A stretch of DNA of 64,000 nucleotides from Heterodontus francisci (lineage: Eukaryota): positions 37,954,437 to 38,018,436 of the forward strand of contig NC_090409.1 in NCBI RefSeq assembly GCF_036365525.1. Direction: 5' to 3'. Of this stretch, positions 48,225-60,540 are shown piece by piece (the first letter of the stretch is position 1; each line of letters opens with the position of its first letter). The translations under genes were made by a program, and so were the position numbers. The notes below the pieces were generated by a model that was not told the DNA's origin, made no database searches, and saw only the letters and a program-made list of their open reading frames with translations.

Positions 48225-48999
48225 CCCTTCCTGAGGTCAGGGAATCCTATTTACTCAATTTTTCACTCTAATTTTTGTGCCTTTATCTATCCTTCGGTCT
48301 TTTCAATGCTGAGGACCCGGAGTGTGGAATTTCTTCCCTTTTTCTGTAACCTCACAGGCTAAAATGAGGTTGACGCGCAGTTAAATACTTTACTTTTAGC
48401 AGCAATGTAGAATGTTTATGGTACTATTGTCTTTTCTTCTGACTTTCCCTCAGACTAACAGCACCTGAGGCACTTTCTCACTAAAAGTATTGGTGCCAGC
48501 TTGTGTTTCTCCTCAGGATATTTTTGTTCCTTTCCTTGACAGAAATAAGTTATCAAACAAATGTGTAAAATCTGAAACACAATTTATGAACAGAATTTAC
48601 CTTCTACCATTCAAGATAACAATGAATGGATTTATAAAAAAATCCTCACAATACAAAATTATTCGAAACTAATTTTCCTATTTTAGAAATCAGAACTAGA
48701 AATATTCTTTTTTGCATGGATTTACCATTTTTCTTTCCTCATCAATTTATCATTTAAAATTTTTTAAAGACCATCAATGAAACGTAACTTAAAATTATTA
48801 TAAGAAAATATTCGTTCAATTTCTGACTAGCAGTTTGTTGGAATGATGAAGTATTTTTTTTTTGTCGTCTGTTGTTATTCTGAGACTTTGAATTGTTGAG
48901 ATTTGAATAGTGACTGCAACTGCCCTGACATATTTGTTGCAGCTGCAACGTCTGAGTGTTTGATCTAAGAGTTTAAGATGAACTTCGATTTGTTTTGGC

Positions 49000-49300
49000 C
49001 GTCCGACGCAGCCGGTTAAAACTCCCCGCTTAGCCACACCCTCTCCCCGCTGCAACCTCCCGCTTTCTACCGAACGCCCGGCGACGCCGCCTCTATTTAT
49101 AGCATGGACCGCCGGCCAACGGCCGGCCGCGAGAAGGGTGGCACGTGACTCTCGCTCCGCCAATCAGAGCCCTGCCGTTGACGGTTGAGAGCCGGGCGCG
49201 AGGTGACCGCGCGGCCAGGCAGGCGGAGCACGCGCCCTTTCCACACAAAAAAAAAGGCGCCAAAACCCTCACAGTTCCACCAGGGTGACGGGGAAACACG
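49000..49300 (-). promoter_or_regulatory. PRDM9: Small CpG-rich promoter of PRDM9: TATA, E-box, CCAAT and MYB-like sites
   Basis: TATAAATA (minus) at 49094-49101; CACGTG at 49142-49147; CCAAT at 49160-49164; MYB-like hexamers at 49013, 49118, 49175 and 49182. Confidence 0.7.
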
Positions 49301-49391
49301 AGGGCTCAATGGGAAAGAAAAAAAAAGACAATCTTGACATTTTATTATGTCAGACTTTTGAAGTGTAGTCACTGTTGTAAAAGAGGAAATA

Positions 49392-49605
49392 CCAAAAGAC
49401 TTGCAGGTTGATAGGTTAATTGGCCATTATAAATTGCCCCTAGTGTAGGTAGGTGGTAGGGAAATATAGGGACAGGTGGGGATGTGGTAGGAATATGGGG
49501 ATTAGTGTAGGATTAGTATAAAATGGGTGGTTGATGGTCGGCACAGACTCGGTGAGCCAAAGGGCCTGTTTCAGTGCTGTATCTCTAAACAAACCTAAAC
49601 TAAAC
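49392..49605 (+). mobile_element. Partial V-SINE (3' half)
   Basis: Matches the 3' half of 1484-1830. Confidence 0.8.
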
Positions 49606-49619
49606 TACCCCATTATTGG

Positions 49620-52600
49620 CTGGCCCGAACTTTCACGAGGGTTAAAATAGGCTGAGTGTGTATGTATGTGTGTGAGTGCGTGGAATGTGGCAACTTGCAC
49701 ACTGCCATGTGGGAATATGATGTTCTTGCGATAACGAAGACCTGGCACAAAGAATGGCAGGACTGGGCATTAAATATTCCTGGATGCAGGGTGTCCTGGA
49801 AAGAAAGGAAGTGGGGGAAGAGGTGGCAGTATTGATTGAGGAGCACACTGCAGTGCTGGAGAGAGAGGATGTCCCAGAGGGGTCAAGGACAGGATATATT
49901 TGGCTAGAGCTGAGGAACCAAAAAGGGGCAATTACATTGCTCTGTGTAGTTTATAAGCCAACAACTAGTGGGAACGATGTAGAGGAAAACATTTGCAAAG
50001 AAAATTATAGAGAGGTGCAAGAATTATATTGTAGTTACAATGGGGGTCTGTAATTATTCGAATATAGACTGGGATAGTAATAGTGTAAAGAGCAGAGTGG
50101 GGCAAGAGTTCTTAGAGTATGTTCAGGAAAATTTTCTACAACAGTATATTTCCAGTCTAATGAAGATGGAGGTGGTTCCAGACCTGGGTCTTGGGAATAA
50201 GGTGGGCCAAGTGGATCAAGTATCAGTAGGGGAACATTTGGGGGACAGTGATCATTGTATCATAATGTTTAGATTGGCTATGGAAAAGGACAAGCAGCCT
50301 TACAGCTCCAGCAACCCGGGTTCAATTCTGGACACTGCCTGTGTGGAGTTTGCAAGTTCTCCCTGTGACCGCGTGGGTTTCCACCGGGTGCTCCGGTTTC
50401 CTCCCACAGCCAAAGACTTGCAGGTTGATAGGTAAATTGGCCATTATAAACTGCCCCTCACGTAGGTAGGTGGTAGGAGAATTGAGGGAAGGTGGGGATG
50501 TGGTAGGGAATATGGGATTAATGTGGGATTAGTATAAATGGGTGGTTGATGGTCGGCACAGACTTGGTGGGCCGAAGGGCCTGTTTCAGTACTGTATCTC
50601 TAAAATAAAATAAAAAATCCAGAGTAAGAATAATTAACTGGGGGAAAACCAAGCTAATGAGGTAAGAATGGATCTGGCCCAGATAAATCGGAAAAAAGAT
50701 TGGCAGGCAAAATGGTAACTGAAAAATGGGCTGCCTTTGAAGAAAAGATAGTTCGGGCAGAGTCAAGGCACATTCCCACGAAGGGGAAATGTAGGACTAA
50801 CAAATCCAGAGCTCCCTAGATGACAAAAGAGATAGAGATTAAGATGAAGAGGAAAAAGTGTGCTTATTCTAGATGTCAGATGGATAATACAACAGGGAAC
50901 CAGGCTGGATATACAAGGTTCAGATGGCAAGTGAAAAAGTAAATAAGAATCAATGAGAGTGTAAGAAAAGAGACTGGCAGCTAACATAAAAGGGAATCCA
51001 AAAGTCTTCCATTGGAGTTAAAAATAGTAAAAGGGTGGTGAAAGGAGGAGTGGAGCCGATTAGGGTCCGAAAAGCATGGAGGCAGAGATGTTAAATGAAT
51101 ATTTTGCATCTGTCTTTACCATGGAAGAAGATCATGATGAAAGAGGAGGTAATTCAGACATTTGAAGGGGTTAAAATTGATAAGGAGGAGGTATTGGATA
51201 GGCTGCCTTTATTAAAGTTGCTGAGGCACCAGGACCGGATGAGATACATCCAAGTGAGTGAAGTGATAATGGACATTGCGGAGACACTGGCCATAATTTT
51301 CCAGTCTTCCTTAGACTCAGGGATGGTGCCAGAAGACTGGAGAGTGACAAATGTTACACCCTTGTTCAAAAAAGTATGTAAAGATAAGCCCAGCAACTAC
51401 AGCCCAGTCAGTTTAACCTCAGTGGTAGGGAAGCTTCTTGAAATAATAATTTGGGACAAAATTAATAGTTACTTGGGCGAATGCAGGTTAATTGTGGAAA
51501 GCCAGCACGGAGTTGTTAAGGGCGAATGGTTTTTAATGAAATTGCTGGAGTTTTTTGATGAGGTAACAGAGAGGGTTGATGAGGATAATGCTGTTGCTGT
51601 GATGGACATAGTCTTCCAAAAAGCACTTGATAAAGTACCACCCAACAGACTCGTGAGCAAAGTTATAGTTCATGTAGTATAAGGGACAGTAGCCACATGA
51701 ATATGAAATTGGCTGAGTGACAGGAAACAGAGAGTACTGGTTAATGGATGTTTTTCGGACTGGAGGGAGGTTTGTGGTGGAGTTCCCCAGGAGTTAGTGT
51801 TAGGAACCTTACTCTTCCTGATCTATGTTAATTACCTTGAACCAGGTCCACAGAGTACAATTTCAAAATTTACAGATGATATAAAACTGGGAAGCATTGG
51901 GAAAAGTGAGGAGGAGAGTGTAGAACTTCAAAAGGACATTGGTCGGTGGAATGGGCGCGCAAGTGGCAGATAAATTTGATGCAGAGAAGTGTGAAGTGAT
52001 TCATTGTGTTAGGATAAATGCAGAGAGACAATATAAAATAAAGGGTACAATCCTAAAGGGGTGCAGATGTGCATAAATCATTGAAGGTGGCAGGACAGGT
52101 TGAGAGCACGGTTAATAAAGCATACAGTATCCTGGCCTTTATTAATAAGGGAATAGAGTACAAGAGCAAGGAATTTATGTTAAACCTGTATTAACCACTG
52201 GTTTGGCCTCAACTGGAGTATTGTGTCCAGTTCTGGGAGCCACACTTTAGTAAAGATGTGAAGCCATTAGATAGAGTGCAGGAAAGATTCACGAGAATGG
52301 TTCCAGGGATGAGGAACTTTAGTTACAGATGGGGAGAAACTGTTTCCACTGGTAGGAGGGTTGTTATCCAGAAGACACAGATAATTTACAAAAATATCAG
52401 AGAAGGCGAGAAGTCTTTTTACGCAGAGAGTTATGATGTGAGGTGCACTGCCTTAAAGGCTGGTGGAAGCAATTTCAATAATAACTTTGAAGACTGAGTT
52501 GGATATTTGCTTGAAAAGAAAGAAATTGTAGAGCTGTGGGGAGGAGTGGTAGTAATAGGATAGCTCTTCCAAGAGCTGGCACAGCCTTCTCCTGTGCTGA
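49620..52600 (+). mobile_element. Degraded near-full CR1 ORF2 with a nested V-SINE (50297-50615)
   Basis: Endonuclease (EHLGDSDH) through RT ([29 protein letters not shown]) to the 3' end, with many frameshifts. Confidence 0.88.
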
Positions 52601-54988
52601 ATGATTCTTTGCTAATTGATTGTGCGACTTTTGTGTTGTGACAGGGTAAGGAGGGCACATGAAAGCTTGAGGTGCAGCTAAGCTTTGTATATGATTCAAT
52701 GTATCCCTATCAGGACAGTAGGCGAGGCATTTCAGTTTTAGTACACTTGGACTGGGGAAAGGGTGAATTCAGCAAGTGTTCCCTTTCCTGATCCTGCTAC
52801 AGTGACTCTTTGGTGTATCAATTATCTTCGCTTGTTGTCACTGTCGTCTCTGAGATAAAGGTTGTATCCACAGGAGAATGGGAACTGAGGTCAGGAACTG
52901 CTCCCTTAAAAAATCATCCTGTTACTTTTCAACTTAAGAAAGAACAGCACTCCTATAAGTGCTTTTGATGTGTTGGTGGCGTTCCACAGCTCTTTACAGC
53001 CAATGAATTACATTTCGAAGTGCAATCACTGATATACGTAGGCAAATAGGACAGCACAGACTGCACACAGCAAGTTCCAACAACAGCAAAGAGATAATTG
53101 GTCTGATAATTGGTGGTGTTGGTTGGTGGATAAATGTTTTCCAATACAACAGGAAATCTCCTTTCCCTTCTTACTGTTGTGCCATGCGATTGTAGTCTAA
53201 ATTTTTTCCCAAAAATATTTTATTCATAAAAGTTTGTTTAAAAAAATAATACAACAGTTCAGAACAGTTCAAATTTGACATTTCAGAAAGTACAATCGTG
53301 ATCAGATTCCTTCGATACAGAACATGAGTTGCCTCACAACTCTTGCCATTCCATTTTATATGCAATGTACATTTGCATTGCAGAGCAAAAACATATTTTG
53401 GTGCCTACAGCCAGAGAGGTTTTACACAGGTTCCAGCCCCATAGTATACTATGGCAGGAGGGCCTTGCACAGTGAGCCTTTGCAACAGCTACCCTAAGCT
53501 TTAGTGCATCCCTCAGCACGTAGACCTGGATCTATCTTAAACAGACAAGGATACAGATTAGCCTGGTTTGAAAGATGGCACCTCTGACAGTGCAGCACGG
53601 CAATGTCAGCCTGGATTGCCTACACGACTCTCTGGAGTGGCACATGAACACGAGAATGCGAAGTCCTGAGCCAAGGCTGACAGAGGTTATCATACTTTGC
53701 GTCACAAAACACAATAATACTGCCACCCTGCACATTTGTTAGGTTTTTGCATATTGCCAACATTTTCTAACATCTATCTGCCCGTCAAGGCTGTGTTACG
53801 CACCCCCTCCCTCCCCCGCCATCCCTACTGAGGTATTTCCCTCATATCTCTTTTCAGGTAGTGTTACCCCCAATCACCACTGAGAGATTGTTCACCCACA
53901 CCTCCATTGACGCAGGGTAACAACCCCACTCCCACTGAGTCTTTGTTACACTCACAACTCCACTGAGTCAGAATTACAGCCCCACCTACACTATATCATT
54001 GTTCCTCTCCATACCTCCATTGATATAGTATTACACCCCCACCAACACTGAGCCATTTTCCCCCCCCTGCCTCCATTGAGACAGTGTTACACTCCTACCC
54101 ACACGAAGACATTGTTTCCCCCACGCCTCCATTGAGGCGATGTTACATTCCCCACCCCCCCCACCCCACACCTTCATTGAGACAGTGTTGCACCCCCTGT
54201 ACCCCAGCTGAAGCAAGTTTGCCCCAGTACCTCACTGAGGTAGTGTATCTTCCCACACCAGTGATTGAGGCTGTTCCCTGAAACTCCGAGACAGCTTATC
54301 CTGCCCACGAAGGTATTATTCTCCCACTGCTGTCAAGGCACTCTCCCATTTCCATCTCTTTCATTCTCTCTTCTATACATTCGACCAGTCATTCCCCTGT
54401 TCTCTGACCTTAATTAACTCGAGACTGCCCAATGTCAGGGAAAATCAACCACATAAAGTTATATATAATAAAGTTATATCCATTTTTATGGGTTTTATAA
54501 ATATATATGCTTTTGTGAATCTTCATTTTATTACAAAACTTACTTGGAGTAGCTCAAGCTGAATAATTGAGCATTTATGAAGAAATAATGAGGCTCATTG
54601 CACTGCTAAGGTAACTCCCAGACAGGTCCCCCACTCTTTTATTCAACAGATGCTGTTTAATTTCCTCTCCCCTGTTTTAACAAAGCTGGTTTTTACACTG
54701 GTTTATAACAATTCCTGAAAGGGTGATGATGTGTCCATTGATCCTTGGAGGAGTTCAGAGACTGAATCCATGAACCTTGAAACATTTGTTAGTACTGTTT
54801 TAAATATGCAATGCCCTATTGATGAGTTCTGCCTCCTCATCTCACCTCTTTTACCAGAGGAGGGTTTCAATTCACAATATGAACATCCTAAGAGCCCAGT
54901 TTAATACTGAAATAACTACAAATTGTACTTCCAATAGAAAATTCTAGATGTTTCATTACTCTGACAATTTTCCTTCTTCCATCTCCAG

Positions 54989-56076
54989 CAAATCAACAAA
55001 TGCATCAAGATGAGTGCCATCCTTGCCCTCATTGCAATGTTGCATTTATCACGTAAGATTTCCTTCAGAATCACATCAGAAGACATCCTGAATCCTGTGG
55101 ACAAAGTTCAGCAGGACAATCTTCATCCTCCAGGAAAAAGTTCTTTTGCAATTCAAAAATGAGCGGCGTTCGTTCACACAATCTGTCCAGCGGATAAAAT
55201 TTATAAAATCAGGTGATCACTACCTACGCCAGCGGATCCACACAAGAGAGAGGCCGTATAAATGTACTGAATGTGGAAAGAGTTTCACACAGACAGGGCA
55301 CCTCCAGAAACATCTGCGGATCCACACAGGAGTGAGGCCATATAAATGTACTGAATGTGAAAAGAGTTTCGCAGTATCAGGGAACCTCCAGAAACACCAG
55401 CGGATCCACACAGGAGAGAGGCCGTATAGATGTACTGAATGTGGAAAGAATTTCTCAGTGTCAGGCAGCCTCAATAATCACCAGTGGATCCACACAGGAG
55501 AGAGGCCGTATAAATGTACTGAATGTGGAAAGAGTTTCACACAGACAGGGCACCTCCAGAAACATCTGCGGATCCACACAGGAGTGTGGCCCTATAAATG
55601 TACTGAATGTGAAAGGTGTTTCACAATGTCATGGCACCTCCAGAGCAACCAGCAGATCCACACAAGAGAGAGGCTGTATGAATGTACTGAATGTGGAAAG
55701 AGTTTCTCAGTGTCTTGGAGCCTCCATGGACACCACTGGATTCACACAGGAGAGAGGCCGTATGAATGTACTGAATGTGGAAAGAGTTTCTCAGTGTCAG
55801 GGAGCCTCCATAATCACAAGCGAATCCACAAAGGAGAGAGGCTGTATCTTATGTACTGAATATGTAAAGAGCTTCACAAAATCAGGGAGCCTCCACAGAC
55901 ACCAGCAGATCCAGACAGGAGAGAGGCCATATAAATGTACTCAATGTGGAGAGAGTTTTTCTTATATCTATCAGCTGAAAGTTTGCATTTGCTTTGAAAC
56001 CTTTCATCATTGTGGGGAAGTTCTCAAGGATTCAATCGCTTTCAAAGTCCACATGAGGAAATGTTTTGAAACATAA
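54989..56076 (+). pseudogene. Orphan PRDM9-type zinc-finger exon (9 tandem units), pseudogenised
   Basis: Acceptor ctccag|CA retained; in-frame TAA at 55054-55056; frameshifts near 55145 and 55850; I found no PR/SET exons upstream on +. Confidence 0.9.
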
Positions 56077-57071
56077 TGAAGAGAATAGTAACCAATTCAT
56101 AATTTCACTCTGCTTGAATATTTCATTCTATTTGAATAGCCTTGAATAGTTATCTCAAACATTGCTATTATTTAGACTTTTAACCTTTCACTCTTTATGA
56201 TATTTTTGTGTGGATAATGATGGAGTATAAGGGTAAATTCCAGGATTCCTCATGTCCCGTGTGGGTTGGAGATTTGGGGCTATGTTGTTGTCGCCCAGTG
56301 TCTGATCCACTCACCCTGAAATTGTATCTTCGGACTGGCATTTCAAAATATTCCTTCTGATACAAACTGCAGAATGTGTTTAATCTCTGTGTCGCAGGCC
56401 CTTTGTTCTGATGGTGAAAGGCTGCTGGGATGAATGCTGTCTTGATGCAGTCAGGTTGCGTCTGCATCAGTAAAGGTGCCATAATGTATGGTGTTAATAA
56501 ATATAGTGACTGAAACTACAACCACTTTGATGCCGCAAGTGACGAAGATGATTCTGTCCTGTGGACTCACTACTCCAGTTACTTTTCTCAAACACCTGCT
56601 CCCCAAGATACCTTTCATTGTTTGGCATGAGATTTCTTCAACAGATGATCAGTAAAATGCTGCTGTTAGAGATTTCAAAGCTGAAGGAAGTGTCGACAAA
56701 AGTTCAAGCACAAGCTGGATTTGAAAATTGAAAAGTTGAATGTATTCCAATGTGTAATTAACTTGATGCAGGCTAGTCATGCTGAAATGTGCTTTAAGTT
56801 GTATGAATCTGTATTGTATTTAAGAATTTGCAAACTGATCTGTGTCTACATTGTCCAAGTAAAATCTGCGCTGATGTTCAACATTATTGGAATGTTATTA
56901 AACAAGAAAATTGTGGTCTGATTGTCATTGAGCAGTTTTTTAAAAAAATGCTCATATATTTTAGCCTCTATCTGGTCATCGATAGCTTCTGATGGCATAA
57001 GATTGTAAGTCTGAGCCTGTTTTAAAGTGACGAAACCGTGTGTAATACAACAACAGGAAAGGATAAACCAT

Positions 57072-58426
57072 AGAGTCAGAGAGCCACTTATGGCACAGAA
57101 GGAGGCCATTCGGTCCATTGAGTCCATGCCGACTCTCCATGGAGCTATGCAGTCCGTCTCACTCCTGGCCGCTTCCCCATAGCCCTGCAAGTCTCTGTCT
57201 CTGAGGTGGCTGTCCGACTTGCTCTTGAAGACATTGATAATCTTCGGTTCCACCACCCATGTGGTTGGCGAGTAAAAAAGTGCTTCCTTATATTCCCCCT
57301 GAATCCTTTGCCCAAAACTTTCAATCTGTGTCCCCTTGCCTTTGTGTCATTTGTTAATGGGAACAGTATTTCCTTGTCTAACGTTTCTAAGGCTGTCATA
57401 ATATTGTATACTTCTACTAAATCTCACCTCAATTTCCTTTGTTCAAAGGAGAACAAAACCAGCTATTCCAATCTTAGCTTTCAACGAAAATCCTCCAGCC
57501 CTGGAACCATTCTGGTAAATTTCCTCTGCACCCTCTCAAGGCCCCTCATATCCTTCCTGAATTATGGTGAGTATAATAATCAAGTTGGGGTGTAACCAGA
57601 GCTTTATAAAGGTTCAGCATAACTTCCTTGCTTCTATACCTCTATTTGTGAAGCCCAAGACCCCATATGCTTTACTCACCACTCTTTCAATCTGTCCTGC
57701 CATCTTCATGTACATGCATCCCTCTGCTCCTGCACACTCTTTGGAAATGTGCCATTATGTATATATTGTTTCTCCCTATTCCTTCTACCTGAATACATCA
57801 CCTCACACTTGTCGGTATTAAATTCCATCTTCTACCTGTCTGCCCATTCCAGTAGCCCGTGTCCTCTTGCAAGCAATTCGTATCATCCTCACTATTTGCC
57901 ACACCTCCAAGTTTTGCGCCTTCAGCAAATTTTGAGATTCTACTCCTTATTCCAAAATCCAAGTCATTTTTTATATAGCAAAGAAAAGTAGTGGCCCCAG
58001 CACTGACCTTTGGGGAACACCACTGGCTACCATCCTCCAGTCTGAAAAACAACCATTTAATACAACTCACTGTTCTCTGTCCTCAAATCAATCTTTTATC
58101 CAATTGGTCACTGACTCTCCTATTCCATGAGTCTTAATTTTGTTAATCAGTCTTTAATTTGGTACTTTGTCAAATTATTTCTTAAAATCCATATTGCCAA
58201 CATCCACTGCATTCCCTGCATCAAGAATCTCTGTTACTTCATCAAAACAATCAGTTAGATCGGTCAAGCACAATCTGTCTTTTACAAGTCCATGTTGGAT
58301 ATTCTTAATTAATTCAAACCCCTCTAAGTTTGTGTTGATATTTTCCTTAATTATTGTTTCAAAAACCTTGCCCATCACTAGTGTTTAACTGGCCTGTTGT
58401 TGCTAGGATTGTCCTTACACCCTTTG
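57072..58426 (-). mobile_element. CR1 LINE inserted into the duplicated 3' flank
   Basis: CR1 RT motifs on the minus strand; homology to the PRDM9 flank stops at ccat (57068-57071) and resumes at ccat (58427-58430). Confidence 0.88.
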
Positions 58427-59409
58427 CCATCTGGATAAATTCGGAAAGATCAGTGCAACTCATGGGCTTCTGATGTAATTTTAAACTAAAAGTGAGATCT
58501 GAGTGAATGATTTAGGTCAGGCATTCGACTCACTGCTGTAAGTTTGCGAATACAATCAAAGTCAGCAGTTGGCATCAGTGGTCAAACCTGGGTCCAGGAA
58601 CACCACTCCTTAAATACCGACAGTGCTGAGTGAGTGGAAGGTGTAAGCATTAGAGCCCAGAAGAATCAAATGCCACCAGCACAAAATCAACACTGTAACC
58701 CAAGCTCGGAAATTCCCATATGCGATAGGTGATTTTTCATGCCAAATAAATGCTGAACAAAATTCAAAGGAACAGTGAATGTTTCACTCTGTTCCAATTT
58801 GCATACACCTCACCCCAAGTAACATTGGCTGGAAGTTTGAGAAATCCATTATCAAAATCCTGCTGGCCATCTACCATCTTTGTTGTTGGAGAAGAGAAAA
58901 ACAAATGAAGAGCAGCTGAGTAGAAAACAAAACATGGAAGTCTGAAACAAAAACAGAAAATTCTGGAAATACAAAGCTGCCCAGTCGACAACTGTACGTA
59001 GAAATAATAGGTAAATTGCTTAAATTTTCCTTTGTCACACCTGATGTGTTAACAGACTGACTGGAAGGCTAAATACTGGCAACATGAAATAAATTTGATG
59101 GGGTGGAAGCCAGTGAATTTTACAACCACCTTATTAATGTATTGTCAATTTATCATTGTGCTCAGCTCTCCACATGTATACAAAGGATTTTTCTCATCTC
59201 ATCTCCTGATCTAGATTGGCCCTTTACCCATTAACCCCAGACCAGTTTAAGTTAGTAAATGTGTATGAGAACATGGAGTTGGGATAGGATCTGGCACATC
59301 AGTGATGCCACTACAGCAGATTAGCCAGCTGAGTGTTAAGAATAGCCATTTGGGAAAGGTATTGAAGGATTTCCAGAACTTGAGGAGCACTAACCCAGTC
59401 ATGAATCAG

Positions 59410-60210
59410 CAACAACACAAACCTGCATTTATATACTGCCTTTAAGTGAGTAAAATGTCTTCAGGTGCTTCATGTTATTAGACACTATTTGGCACTTAGC
59501 CATGTAAGGAGATATTAGGACAGATGATCAAAACCTTGGTTAAAGAGGTAGGTTTTATAGCGTGTCTCAAAGAAGGAGAGAAAGATGGGGAAGTTTCGGG
59601 AGCGTATTCCAGAGTTTTGGGCCTTGACTGCTGAAGGCAAATGGACGAAGGGAATTAGGGGTACAGGAGAGGTCAGAATTGGAGGACTGCTGAGTCCTCA
59701 GCTGTTAGTTGGGCTGGAGGAGATTACAGTGAAAGGGAAAGGCAAGGCCCATGAAACGATTGGTGCACAAAGATGAGAATTTTTAAATTGAGGTTTTGCT
59801 GGACCGGTGCCAATGTAAGTGGGTAAGCACGAGGGTGACAGTTGAATGGGACTTGGTACGATTCAGGAAATGGCAGCAGAGTTTTGGATGCGAAGGGTGG
59901 AAGATGAGAGTCTGTCTGGGAGAGCCTTGGAATAGTCAAGTCTGGATGTGACAAAAGCATGGACTTTTCAGCAGCAGACGGGCTGAGGTTGGCGTGGAGA
60001 CAGCTAACGTTACAGAGCTTGAAGTAACCTTGGTGATGGAGCGGATATGTGGTCAGAAGCTCAATTCAGGTACAACTCAAACACTGAGGTTGAGAACAGT
60101 CTGGTTAAGCCTCAGACAACGGCCAGAGAGGAGGATTGATTTGGCCAGGGAACAATATTTGGCGGGTACTGCAAACAGTAGTTTTGATCTTCCCTATATT
60201 TAATTGGAGG
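59410..60210 (-). mobile_element. Old L2-like LINE fragment
   Basis: Degenerate L2-type 3' ORF2 sequence (e.g. NLKILIFVHQSFHG). Confidence 0.55.
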
Positions 60211-60540
60211 AACATTATGCTCATTATTTTGTATCTCTTCAATGTCTATCTGGAGGAAGAATTAACATTCAGTTGAGCAAACTTACTTTGGTTAATCTAC
60301 CTAAACCTTATATTTGCTTACCATCTTAATTATAATGGGTCAGGTTCAACATTGACACTGTCACTTCCTTCTGTTGCTGCTATTACAGTTTCAACCTCAC
60401 CAGCTGTTCCTTCAGGTAAAGGAAATGCACAAGTGGCACATTGGTCAATTTGGAAGGCAATTACAGAGATGTGCAAGAATTATAGAGTAGTTACAATGAG
60501 GGACTTTAATTATCCTAATATAGACCAGGATACTAATAGC

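Larger units (their letters stand above)
52330..58607 (+). repeat. Inverted segmental duplicate of the PRDM9 last intron, zinc-finger exon and 3' flank (partner ~22455-26770)
   Basis: Colinear reverse-complement matches, e.g. 52600-53185 vs 25905-26480, 54480-54990 vs 24965-25485, 56076-57071 vs 22630-23810, and 58427-58607 vs 22455-22635. Confidence 0.92.

Noticed and set aside
55146-55859. Stand-alone functional 237-aa zinc-finger gene
   Set aside because: It starts at TTG just after a frameshift, the homologous exon has an upstream in-frame stop, and it ends by frameshift; treated as a pseudo-exon.
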